Below are positions 1 to 12,903 of a DNA stretch of 64,000 nt, in pieces; the first letter of the stretch is position 1, and every line of letters begins with the position of its first letter. Under the pieces are notes generated by a model. The model had not been told where the DNA came from. It did no database searches and was given only the letters and a program-made list of their open reading frames with translations. The position numbers were made by a program, and so were the translations under genes. The stretch spans positions 35,363,216 through 35,427,215 of the forward strand of contig NC_086385.1 in the NCBI RefSeq assembly GCF_036588685.1, given 5' to 3'. Origin of the DNA: Mytilus trossulus. Its lineage: Eukaryota.

Positions 1-59
1 GAACAATTTGGAAATTATTATGGCGTTCATTATTACTGTACTAGTATATATATATTTGT

Positions 60-375
60 TTAGGAGCCAGCCGAAGGACGCCTCCCGGTGCGGGAATTTC
101 TCGCTGCATTGAAGACCTGTGGGTGACCTTCTGTAGTCTTCTCTATTGTCGGGGTGATGTCTCTTTGACACATTCCCCATTTTCATTCTCAATTTTATTG
201 TTTGAATTGTTTTACATTGTCGTTTAGGGGCCTTTTATAGCTAACTATGTGTTGTGAGCTTTGCTAATTGTTAAAGGCCGTAGAGTGATCTATAGTTTTT
301 AATTTCTGTGTCATTTTGGTCCTTTGTGGAGAGTTGTCTCATTCGCAATATCATATCACATTTTTTTTTTATATA
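60..375. repeat. Host SINE-like interspersed repeat segments; related segments at about 5097-5215, 29130-29450, 30300-30360, 33250-33530, 33840-34030, 37140-37550, 37960-38220, 40590-40970, 41455-41610, 48050-48190, 48700-48900
   Basis: Recurrent blocks in both orientations such as TTGTTGAAGGCCGTACGGTGACCTATAGTT, GAGAGTTGTCTCATTGGCAATCATACCACATC and CCTGTACCAAGTCAGGAATATG; more than one family is probably involved. Confidence 0.7.
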
Positions 376-959
376 CATTATGGTTGACAGGGGACTGCCC
401 AATTCAATTAAAGCTCACGTGGCAACATATAAATACAATGCACGGAAAAAGTTTGTGTATTTGATGGCGGGGTGCCTTTATTGAATTGTTTATTTTACCA
501 ATTTGCTCCGTCGGGTCATCTTGGCAGAGAAGTCTACATAGTTCATTGACAGTATGACTAGCCGGTCAACTCTAATGTAAATTCGAACCACTCATTTGGC
601 AGGTTCGTTTGATACCAAATTAATTGATTGGGATTGCTGATATTCCTGTCCGTTCCATCATTTAAATCAAACCCCGATAGCTGAAATTAGCATTAAACAT
701 CAACAATCAATCAAGTTTAAGTTTTTATCACGTCATAGTACAATTTATTCTTTTTCATATTCTTTATTAATGGGTGTTACGTTTGCGCCAATTTCTTGTT
801 CATTAAGTAGAACAGTGTCCGGAAATAAAAACATGTACATCTAGGTGTAACCGGTTCATTGATTGTTGTAAAAATAGATATCAACCGGAAACAAACATTG
901 TGGTTTCGACTCTTAAAAGTCGGTAGCTAAATGACGTACATCTGTTCTTAAAGTTTATT

Positions 960-3900
960 CGGTAAGGAATAGAATTCAAAATGAAGCTGTTAAAACACAT
1001 ATATATTTACAGCAACGGGTCATAAGTTTCAACTTTTGCTACGTGAAACAGTAAAAAAAGCTTTAAAATAATGGTGGTAAGTGGTTCTTTCATGTAATTA
1101 AAAAACGGGACAGGAAGGTGTAGCTCTTTTTAATGTAAAAGCAAGATAATTTTTAATTCTGAAAAGTAAGGGTTAGCAAAATGTGCACGGCTAAGAGGTT
1201 AGTTATATTGAGGTTCATACTAAGATGTCAGTGAAAGTAGCTTTTAACCCTAGCCATGCGTGGCAAAATTAGTTTTCATCATACATTTCGTATCAATATT
1301 TTAGATTCAAAAATATTCCTGATTCGAATAATTGCTTGTTTAATATGTAAAAAAGCAAATGATATTATGGAATTTCCAATCCCATGATTATATCACATGA
1401 TAAAAAATTCTATTAAACTATTTTTGTATTTTGTTAATAAAGTTACTTTGTCATGTATTATGTAATGTGCTATTTATTTTTCATGTATGTCATTGGGGGT
1501 ATAATAGTGCACTATTTTAAAAATAAATATCAAACAGAAATGATATACCATGGATTTATTATTATTCGTTGGATGCCAGCTTTCGTGGGTTTCGACAGTA
1601 CAGATGAATCACGAATTTAAATGTTCAACAAATTATATTTTTATAGGCTTTGTATTTAGATATTGACAAAATCACGAATTTAAATATCCTCGAAAATATA
1701 TGTATTTCTAAATCCACGAAAATTGATACCCAAGAAAAGAACTGAACCCAGAGGATTGTGTACATGGTGTATCCATGCTTTTTTTTTGGCAAAACCAAAT
1801 CCACAATATAAATAATTGTACATCCATATGTTATAGTGAAATACAGTTCAATTTACTACAAATTGTAATTTGTACAAGTACATTCAAATAATTTGGACAA
1901 CATACAAATTACAATGTGTACAGTTAAAATACAAATTATGATTCGTACACTTATTCTTGTCAGTTTTATTAATAATTTAGACATGCATACAAGAAACAGA
2001 ATTAGTGATGAATGCTGCAAATTGTTTAAAATTGGAGAGGAGTTGCACCGGCTAAAAATCCGAAGAAAACCAGATGACATGAAAATATGTAAGTGCATGT
2101 ATTGATGATATTTTGATTTCAAATGAGAAATTTAAACAGCACATGCAAAATCTTGACGAAGAGTAAATTACTAGATTACAAAAGGCCAATTATACACCTA
2201 AAACAGAAAATTGTCAATTGTTTTTTTTTTAAAGTCTATTATTTATGTCATTTCACTTCAAAAAATGGTGTCAAGGTTGAAAACATAATAATTGTAATGT
2301 GTATTCAGTTCCTAAACGTCAGTATAAGGTAATATGACAGTTGTTATGTCTATTTGTTAAAATTCATAAACAACATGTCGAAAGTCACGTAGTTCTCAAA
2401 CCCAGCCAAATTTTATTTAATAAAAGCATATTTATGGGATGTTAGTCTAGTTTCGCCCTCAAACCAACAAACAGTAATTCAAGTTATTAATGCTAAAAAG
2501 TTGTAATAAACTGAAAATGAATCAATAGCTTTAATGACGGATATACAAATGAACTCTTTTCAAAATTAGAAAAAAATCGCGCGAGCGGGGCTTGAAGGAT
2601 AAGAGTATTGTTGATTGTGATACACAGCTTGGGTTTGTGTTTCTCAAACTGTTTTATGGACTTAAGCATTGTGTAAAAAGTTTATATTAATTTTTCATTT
2701 GAATGTCCAGTAAGTAGCTTCTGTCTCTGTATTGCACAGGTACTTCAGGAACGGAGGAAATAACTCGAAAAAGAAGGAGAATAACATAGAATACTGATAA
2801 GTAAAACATTTCTCAGAGATGCTAGATTGTAGGTGTTTTGTTTTCATTTTTAGAAAGGCGCAAGTCAAACACTCCACTGTCTCTGTGTGATACAGAACGG
2901 AAGAAATGGCTCAGTGAAGAAGACAATCTAAGAACTCTCTGATGATTAATATCAAATTTTTATAATTAAAATTTAGTTTTGTAAATGAAATACTTCATAC
3001 ATTTAGATATCAGTCTACTCTCTGCATTATTCCACCGGAAACTACATGTAGCTAGAAAAATAGAACCATGCCACCGTTACAACATCTCCCACCTGACACA
3101 TGTGCGTCAAAAACCTTCATCATTTGTTCCTTGAAATACCAGACAAAAAAAGGGATGAAGAGGAGGGGGCCTATGATTTATGAAGTTTCATGAGTATTTA
3201 ATTTACAAAACTCAGTTTGAACTATGAAAATTTGATTTTTGTTTCATTAAATACCTCACCTTCATAAATCAGAAAACTGATTTTATCGGAGCGATGAATC
3301 CCCCTCACTAGGAGAAGGTAACACAACCTATTGAGCAGCAAGTAAAGGCCCTACAGAATAGAGATCGTCACAACAAAGAGGCATGGAACGTCAATAATGG
3401 TTATGTTATAAAAGGCATTATCTGACCTAAAAAAAAAAAAAAAAGCTGACATGATTTCCGACAAGGAGGAGATATTATAAATGTTACAAACTGGTGCTAA
3501 GGCTCTTACTTCATCTGTTCATGTACTTTAACTTGATGTTTAGCTACAACCTCAGAAGAATCAGACTATATAATTCAAAACTGTTCCAGATACAAATAAT
3601 TCTTAGTTTAAAATGTAAAAAGCAAATGAAGTTGTGCAATTCCCAATCCAATAATTATCTCACATGCTCAAACAAATTAAATTGAACTGTTTTTGTATTT
3701 ACAAGTTTAACTGTGTCATCTGTTATGTAATGTGTTACTTTGTTATCATGTATGCTATCAACGCCATTGGGGTATACATGTGAATAATTTCAATAAATAT
3801 TAAATAGAAATGATATAGTGTGTTTCAATGCTTTTTTTTCAAAACCAGAATGAAATTCACAATATAAATTATTGTACATGCACATGCTTTAAGTGACTTA

Positions 3901-6700
3901 AAGTCAAATTCAGTATAAATTGTAGTTTGTGCAAGCACTTTTTGGAAAAATTATAATGTGTACAAAGTTAAAATATATCTTATAGTCATAAATTAATAAT
4001 TTGTAAACAAAATGTATACTGCCTGTTTGAATCTACTGGCTTTGAACAATTCAGGTAAAACAATTCTTCCTTTATTAATTGCAAGTCAGTTTTTTTTAAG
4101 AATTCAATGCTTCTTTTTGTAAATTCATTTGAGTGTTAAAGCGTTAACCGAAGCACATTTTTTATAAAGCACAGGAGCGCTTCATTCTAACAATGTACCC
4201 ACGGTCAACGTGTTTACAACCTTATGAAATTACTTTAAGAAGCTTAAAATACTTGAAATTACAATTTTTGCTATGATCATGAAAAGACAATTACTATCAA
4301 TTTTTTTCTTTTATTTAACTGTGCACTTTATTGTAGACGCTCGTGTCATCATGAATGTTAAAATTCATTTTGAAATGAAGATTGATTTCAGCATGACGCG
4401 AGATTGCTATTAATCAATCAGAATAACGTCTTATAATGAAACATACATTACATGTGATTATTGTTCATTGAGACATGCATTAAAGAAACAAGAATTTTGC
4501 ATTTGGTTTAGAATTGGGATGCAGTTACACCGGCCAAAAGTACGAAGAAAAAAAAATAGAACTGAATATGTGTAGTCGCATGTATTGATATTTTGAACTT
4601 TCATAAAAAATGTAAAGAGCACCTGCAAAATCTTGACGAAGTAATTACTGGATAACAAAAAGCAAATTCTACTCTCAAGCCAGAAAATTGTCACTTTCAA
4701 GTAAAAAAAGTCAATTATCTATCTCACTATATTTTGGTGTCAAGGTCGAGGACACGAAACTCGTTAGGGAGCAACCATTAAACTTTTAAAAAGGGGGTAT
4801 TATTATTTTTCTGAGTCAGAAACGATCTTAGCACCTTTTTTTTCCAACGCTGTAAATCATAATTTGTACAAAAACAATTTCACAAATTATTATGTCTATA
4901 TCAATTAATTATAATTTGGCAATTAACTTTGTATGAATTTAATATCCATAAATTTTACAATTTGTACAAAATTTGCCTAGAATTTACATAGATAACTTGA
5001 AAACACGCAATATAATAATTTCTCATGATACACAACATTGCCATTTATATATTTTTAACATTAATACAGTTCAGAGGTCAGATGAAGAACGCCCCAGAGT
5101 GGGGGAGTTTCTCGCTGCATTGAAGACCCATTGGTTGCCGTTGGCTGTGGTCTGCTCTTTTTGTCGGGTTGCTGTCTCTTTGACACATTCCCTATTTCCA
5201 TTCTCAATTTTAATTGCCTTCAGAAAAACATAAGTTTTGTGCATTCAAATCATTTGATGATATACTGTACACGCTTTTCAAGTAAAGTTAATCAGCAGGA
5301 TAAATTTGTCCAAGAATTTCTGAACCTAGTATAGAATAACACATAGAGCACATCCATGTGTTCATAATACGTTTTGGTATCATACAGGACATACACAGTA
5401 TATTTGTCTAGTATTCAAATTGAACCTGTTAAGACACGTGTTTATTCACAGCAACGGCTCATGAGGTACAACGTTCACTATGTGAAGTAGTTTAAAAGCT
5501 TAAAAACTTGTGAATGAGGGTTATTTTTTTACAAAGGGGACGATTGCTGCCTTTTTATTATAAAAACAAGAAATTTGGAATATTTTTTTTTCTGGACAAA
5601 TTAATAAGAAATGTATGATACAAGCTAACTTATTAAGGAGGATTAGACATGCATGCATGGCTAAGGGGTTAGTTACATTTTTCCTTCAGTGAAAGTTACT
5701 TAAACATGTTAAACCAAAGCCATGCTCTTCAGGTGGGTTAATTTTTCATCATACATTTCCTATCAATTTTTCGAATTCAAAATTATTCTACATTTAGATA
5801 ATTCCTTGTTGAAATGTACAATTCCCAACTCCATAATTTCCCACATGGAGAAACAAATAATATTGACCTCTGTTTTAATTCTATTTTAAAATAAGGTGTC
5901 AAGTATTATGTAATGTGTTATAAACAGAATTGATAAAGTGTGTATTTTTAAATTATCGTACATGAAACATGTTATAAGTGAATTACAGTCAAATTCAGTA
6001 CAAATTGTGATTTATGCAAGCACTTTTATTACTTATTACAATTTGAGCAAAGATAAAATACAAATAAACATTTTCTACATTTTTTTGTACAAATAAACTC
6101 ATCATAGATACAAATTATAATATTTATAAAATTGTAACTTGTACGCAACATATACTGTACTGTTTGAAACCGATGGCTTTGAACAATTAAGGTAAAACAA
6201 TTATTTCTATATTCAGTCAATTATGTTGTTAATTAAGACATGGAACAGAGAAACAGAATGAGTAATGTCAGTAAGTGCTGTAAATTATTTGTATTGGAAT
6301 GGAGTTGCAACGACCAAAAAAAACAAAATAAATCGATAGAACTGAATATTTTCGGTGTAATGTTTTAATAATTTTTTGGATTTTTTTATGAAAAATTTAA
6401 AGAGCACCTGCAAAATCGCGACGAAGAATTAACTACATTACAAAATTCAAATTATACTCTTCAGTCAGAAAATTGTCACTTTGCTGTAAAGAAAGTCAAT
6501 TATCTTTTTCATTACATTTTAAAACACGGAGTCAAAGTCGTGGACACGAAAATTGTAATTGGGAGAATTATCCAGATCCTAAAACAATAATGCGAGGTCA
6601 TGGGCCAGTTGTTATGTCTATTATTGAAATTTTACAAACAACATGTAGTCATGAAGTCACGTAGTCCTTTAACCCAGTCAATCTTTACTTTATAAGGGAG
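960..6700. repeat. Old diverged triplication (about 960-2420, 3570-4760, 5400-6700)
   Basis: Co-linear motifs recur, e.g. GCAC(A/C)TGCAAAATC(TT/GC)GACGAAG at about 2140, 4620 and 6405, and CAGAAAATTGTCA after each. Confidence 0.7.
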
Positions 6701-7189
6701 CAACCATTTCGTTTTTCGAAAATATTAATATATTTATTTTAATTTAACACTATATGTCATATTTTATTTACACTCCCTGGGTCGATGCCACTGCTGGTTG
6801 GGTTTTTATTCCCTGGGGGTAGCGGCAGCCTATAGCTAGTAGTCATGAGCACCTTTTGTGCTGACAAAAATTATAATTGATGTAAGAAAAAGTATAAACC
6901 AACTGTTTACAAAATTTATAATTTTTGAAATACTAAGACTTTTCTACCTCAGGAATAGATTACATTTAAACAAAGGAATAGATCTTTTGTCATCAACTTC
7001 ATCACACTATTTTAGTCATCAAATTGGCGATCAGAATATAATTTTAAGAGAAAAAAAAACTTTTTTAAAGTTAAACTGTCTTTCACTAAGTGCATATATA
7101 TGTAGGTGTTGCTTGTCCAGTTTCGCATGAAACCACAATTCAAGCAGTAATGCAACTTTTAAACACGAAACTAATGCTGATCAACTATT

Positions 7190-7640
7190 AGTAGTATATA
7201 TTGTGTGGCAGCAGCAAATATTTTTGCCACGTTGACAAAAATTTGTTCCCGCTAGCAAAATTGTATAATATATTTGTTGAATAATATCAAAATATTGGAT
7301 TTTAAAATTTGTAGAAATATAAAAGACTGTTTTGATTTTTTCACACGTTGAATTTTGCAGACGTCAAGAAAATTACATAATATAACTGTTGTATAATATT
7401 AAATGAAAATTTTGTTTTTTCACTTATAAAAGAATGTTTTGATTTATTTTCCATCGCATTTAACATATAGACAATTTAAATTGTTAATATTTTGGATAAA
7501 GAAGTTAAAAGTAAAACTGAAAAAATAGAAGATTAAATGACTTCGCGTTGAGAGAAGAAATTTTATAAAACTTTTAAGTTTCATTTGTAACAAAAAATGA
7601 ATAAGAATTGAAAATATATTAATTAACCCTAACCCTAGCG
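7190..7640 (+). repeat. Left TIR region of the Polinton (55 bp perfect, close match to about 7330, then patchy to the TAACCC repeats)
   Basis: 7190-7244 is identical to the reverse complement of the last 55 bp; similarity continues with mismatches and indels; (TAACCC)2 at 7624-7635 mirrors (GGGTTA)7 on the right. Confidence 0.9.
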
Positions 7641-7827
7641 TATATTGTAAAAACTATTATTATTATTTATTAAAACAATCCATACTCAAACATTAATTAA
7701 ACCTTATCCATCTACCACTCTTATCCCAACCATATATCACGGAATTAATTACCCCTAATTCATTCCCTAATTAGACTATTGTTTTTATTTCTCATCCGGG
7801 TATTTAATTCCTCAAAATATTTGCAAA

Positions 7828-9169
7828 ATGTCACCCATCAACACCATGTTTATATTCATCATCATTTGTTTCACAATGTCAGCTGTTTCATGCTCGCATG
7901 AATTGAGAGATGTATGCACAGTGGAGGGGGATACTCTCCATTGCAGATGGACTGGAGCAGGGCTCTACAACACCAGAATCCGACTAGATGTAAAGAAAGT
8001 CGTATTCGAAAGATTTTTTGTTGCCGGACAATTGGACCTTGCAAATAATAGAGACCTGCATTCAATTGAGATCAAACAAGGAAATTCTAAATGCAGCAAT
8101 GTTTTAGCAGCACCAGAAACAATAACAATTGTTAATGGTATACATTGTGATGTAAGTATATAGGAAATTAGAAAAGAATAACAGAATAATAAGAGCTTTA
8201 AAGTAATCACGTAGTATTGTCTCTATATGTAAAGTGACTAGAAACAACCTAAACTATGAGCAGATCTTATATATTATTTATTAATTTTATTGTGTAAAAC
8301 ATTTCTTACATTATGTATATTTTTTTTTTACAGAATGGAGTCATAGCTTCTACAACAACAACAGCAGCAACAAGAGTAACACCAGGATCCACATTGTCAA
8401 TCGGCACCACTGATAAACAACTGGTAAGCATTTATCTGATATTTTTTTAATTAAAACGCCCGTTTTGTTTTCTATTTTTATTAGGAAATACATGTACATG
8501 AACGAGTCAATTTGTATTCTCTATAGTATAGTGCTTAAAAACAAATTAAAATGTGAAGGATAAGATTTTTTAATATCAACATTTTCATGAAATACATGAT
8601 TTTATTTCTTTATTTCAGAAGTCAACACCACATGCACAGGAGGAAGACAAGGGTCTAGATAATATTAAGATCATTCTTATAATGATTTTTGGTAAGTATC
8701 TAAATTTAATTTATTTATTTGATTGACAAACAATATAAAAATAAAATAAATAAATAAAATAAAAATATATACATGTTCTAATAAAAACACTTATTTATAA
8801 ATAAGAAAAAGATGCGGTATGAGTGCCAATGTATTATAGATCAAAGTATGACCTTCAACACAGAGCAAAAGCTCACACCAAACAGTAAGCTATAAAGACA
8901 ATTCAAACAGAAAAACCAATGGTCTAATCTATTTATATATATCAATATATTTTATAATTTTTAAAGTAAGTGACATATTCAAATTTATCTTTACAGCATC
9001 TCTAGCATGTGTTATGCTCTTGCCGCTGATGTTATTTTGCATCTGCAAAAAGAAGAGAACTGCAAAAACCAATTTCCGCCAACACCAATTCTCCTTCAAT
9101 GTCGATGCAGATTCACTATCCGAAATAGAAATTGCAGATTTTGTTAATACACCAAAAAAAACTGTTTAA
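7828..9169 (+). CDS. Polinton-encoded spliced type I membrane protein, about 219 aa; exons 7828-8151, 8334-8423, 8619-8691, 8997-9169
   Basis: GTAAG donors at 8152, 8424 and 8692 and polypyrimidine-CAG acceptors give one open frame (phases 0,0,1): signal peptide MSPINTMFIFIIICFTMSAVSC, Cys-containing ectodomain, Thr/Ser stalk (STTTTAATRVTPGST), TM IILIMIFASLACVMLLPLMLFCIC, stop-transfer KKKR, short tail. Confidence 0.8.
8805..8930. repeat. Fragment of a host SINE-like repeat inside intron 3 of the Polinton membrane-protein gene
   Basis: AAAAGATGCGGTATGAGTGCCAATG...ACCTTCAACACAGAGCAAAAGCTCACACC resembles the host repeat copies at about 37960-38100 and 41455-41600. Confidence 0.6.
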
Positions 9170-9210
9170 GTTAATATCTATCTCTGTATTTACTACTTTT
9201 TAATTTGTAG

Positions 9211-9377
9211 AATATATCCTCATCGCAATTTATGAAAGGCTTCAAGAAATTATAAATTATTTTTTTCCACCACGTGAAAATAACAGACGAGTAGCCCCAG
9301 CACAACAACAACCACCAAGAATATTGAGAAGATCAAACAGGATATCTATTCGGCCACAGAGACTAACCTATGATTAA
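9211..9377 (+). CDS. Candidate alternative terminal exon of the membrane-protein gene
   Basis: TTTGTAG acceptor, phase 1 matching exon 3; reads (E)YILIAIYERLQEIINYFFPPRENNRRVAPAQQQPPRILRRSNRISIRPQRLTYD*. Confidence 0.5.
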
Positions 9378-10486
9378 TTTTCTAAACTTTTAAATTTTAT
9401 GAAATTTTTTAAATTTTTTTTCTAAATTTTATATTTTTTTTATTTTTTTTTTCTAAATTTTATAATCTTTTTTCTAAATTTTATAAACTTATTTATACAC
9501 TGTTATCTAAATTTTAATAATCACTGATGAGGATGTATTCTACAAATCTACTTATATTATGAAAAATTATATCACCAAAACTTTTCAATTTTCTTTCATT
9601 TGATTTATTTGGATTAGTTACACTTTATTTTAATTAAAGAAAAGATTTTGATTATACTCGCATTTCTCTACTCTCATTTTATTATATTGTAAATAGTAGT
9701 ATACATGTAGTTTGTTTTTATAAATTCACCTTAGTTTATATGTTTCATGCTCATTCAAACCATAAATTTCATTATAAATCTATTCTTTTCATTAAATAAT
9801 CTACTTTCTCTGGTATTAAAGTTCATTATTAATCTATTCCTTTCATTAAATTATTCTTTTTAGTTTTCCATTTACATATGTTTAGTTTTGTAATAGAAAT
9901 AAATTAAATTAAAAAACAAATATGATTGGTATTATTGTATATATGTAAATAATATATATATGTATATAATGTTTGGAGAACTTTTTGTTTTTATGTTTAC
10001 TTTATCATCATTTTCATCTTTGGAATTTTTTCATATGAGAATTTACAGCATCCAAATTTAATTACAACATATTATCGCATATTTTATCATATTGTGTTTG
10101 CTTAAACTTTTTTTCTTTTGTTTTTATTACTTTTTATAGTGCTATATGATTAAGTTAAACCTAGAGATAAATATATAAAAATTCTTGATTTGTAACCGCT
10201 GTCATGGTGCTTTCTATAACATGTTTTATGTGAAAAAAATGGTGCATTACAAATGATGTAAGTTTTTTATAACCAAATTTCATTTGATAGTTCTCTTGTT
10301 TATATTATTTACAATTGTTATATAAATAGTGCAGAAAACTTGATTTGTTTTGAAACTTACTATGTTGTTTCATGGAATAAAGTATTTGTATTTGATATGT
10401 GTTAATAAATTAGACTTTTCTTAAACTTTTCCCACTGCATTGCTACCCCAATCAATGTGGATGATTACCAGTTGACACCATTTGTA

Positions 10487-11340
10487 TATCATCTAGAAAT
10501 TTGCAAACAAAAACTTTGCTTAATTAATTTTTATCTACTTTAAATTTATTAATTATAAAAGAAATATGGTTTAATTGCTGATGAGACAACTCTTCAAAGA
10601 GGTCAAACCACAAGCTTCAATCTCAAATCTTGTCAAGAAAATGAAATATTTACACAGGAAAAAAGAAGCTAGCTGAAAAAAAAGTCATGAACAAAACAAG
10701 ATTCACCATTTACAATGATCCAAAGAAAAGAAAAGAGCATATCTAGAAATTTGCAAAACAAAAACTTTGCTTAAAACATTTTTATCAACTATTAATTATA
10801 AAAGATGGTAATCCACAAGCTTCAATCTCAAATCTTATCAAATGAAATATTTACACATGGGAAAAATTAGCTAGCTGCAAAAAAGTCATGAGCAAAACAA
10901 TTAACTACGATCCAAAGAAAAGAAAAGAAAAAAGTAGCATGTAGGGGGAAAAATAGAGAGAGAGAGAAAAAGGAGATATGATCCACCATTGAAAATATGA
11001 TCCAAAGAAAAGATGATCCAAAGAAAAGAAAAAAGTCGCTTATGTTCTAACGAAGGAAAAAATAGAGAGAGAGAAAAAGGAGATAGGATTCACCATTGAA
11101 ACTATGATCCAAAGAAAAGAAAAAAGGTGTTTTAACGATGAAAAAAATTAGAGCGAGAGAGAGAGAGAAAAAAAAGGAGATAGTAATGAGATGTAAAAAT
11201 AATCGTCAAAATCCAACTCGATTTACCATTGAAAATATGATCCAAAGAAAAGAAAAGAAAATAGGTTTTGTTTTAATGAAGGAAAAATTATATATAGAGA
11301 GAAAAAATAGTAATGAGATGTAAAAAATAACCATCAAAAT
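10487..11340. repeat. Degenerate purine-rich direct repeats upstream of the PC4-like gene
   Basis: Two related blocks start ATCTAGAAATTTGCAAA (about 10491 and 10741); about six copies of GATCCAAAGAAAAGA with (AG)n tracts. Confidence 0.75.
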
Positions 11341-11722
11341 CCGGTTCGAACAAATCTATAATATATAATTGATCTTAAATAAAAACAATCAAAATTTATT
11401 GAGTAATGATCACTTTTCAAATTTGAAAGGTGATAAACACTTTATATTTAAACTGACGAACTAAGATTTAATGTAAACAGAAGGTGTATTATCCAAATAC
11501 TGCCGCAATATTGGAGATCAATCTGACATGAAAAATCGCGATCGGGACAGATCTACACTGAAATTACATATGAATTAATAAAATGGTGCAACATGGATAA
11601 TGGAAGGTTGGCGAGCCTTTAGGAGTAAATAAGTGTTGGAAACTATTATTCAAATTTAATGAAACGGAAGCTTTATTCCTTTATTAACGCGGTACACTCA
11701 ATTCTATCATAAAGCGATAAAA

Positions 11723-12872
11723 ATGATGAACCAGGTTGAGTACATGAGGGGATTTGGTGGAGAAGTAGAGCGGGCTGAGTTGAATTTTGGAAGAAAGAAG
11801 AACATTGCGGTTACACCGTACAAGGGATATGTTTATATCCACATAGGCAGTTTAACAAGTAGCAGAAGCATAACTCTTGGGACTGATGAGTTTAAAGAGC
11901 TATGCAATCTGAAGCCAGTTCTTTTAAAAGCTGAGGCAGAAATAAAAAAACAGGTTAGTGATTTCTAATATTTAGCAGTAAATATTTACATGAACATATA
12001 GCTAAATTATTATCGTTCAGCAGCAAATAGTTGAGCGTGATATATATTTTATTCTCTAAGAAATAGGAGCGATCTACAAAATTATTTTAAAGTAAGATAT
12101 TGCGAGTGTTTAATAAAAGCACCAGCTGCAGATGTTTCACCTTATATGTTTTTTCGTAAATTTCACTACTGCTAGTAAGTACACATAATTTTCAAAGTTA
12201 TTGAAAGCGAGTAAAAACTATATGATAAACGTTCTAATTATCCTTCAACAGCAAATAATTGAACATAAATATATACTTTATAGGTTTAATATACAACAAA
12301 CGTTTTAGTTAAAAGTAAGTTATTGATAGAGAGTATTTACAAGCGGCTTGCGTTCAGCTGCAGATATTTCACTTGTTTCTGGGTTGATTTCACCACTGTT
12401 AGTATTAATTTTCAAAGTTATTGATAACAAGTAAAAAATGTTTTGATAAACGTTCAGTTGCAGATATTTCAACATTTTTGTTTCTAGGTAAATTTCTCAA
12501 CCGCTAATAAATACGAATTTCTTTCCCACAGCAAACGTTGATTTATATGATTTCTTACACGTTCAATTGTTTTTATTATATATTAATTTTTTTAGCTGCA
12601 AAAACCTAGCAGGAAAAAGANNNNNNNNNNNNNNNNNNNNNNNNNNNNNNNNNNNNNNNNNNNNNNNNNNNNNNNNNNNNNNNNNNNNNNNNNNNNNNNN
12701 NNNNNNNNNNNNNNNNNNNNNNNNNNNNNNNNNNNNNNNNNNNNNNNNNNNTTGAAAAGAAAGGTAAAACAACTTTTGTTTTTTTTTTTTTCAATGTAAA
12801 TCAAAATAAGTAGTTATAATTTTCAAGTTTATGAATTTAAAGTAATTATCCAATTAAATGTACCATAAAAAG

Positions 12873-12903
<31 letters not shown>

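Noticed and set aside
1856-7130. Short ORFs left of the Polinton
   Set aside because: They lie in AT-rich repeats, often use non-ATG starts and show no protein motifs.
12563-12804. ORFs containing X runs (also 59844-60032)
   Set aside because: Artefacts of assembly gaps.
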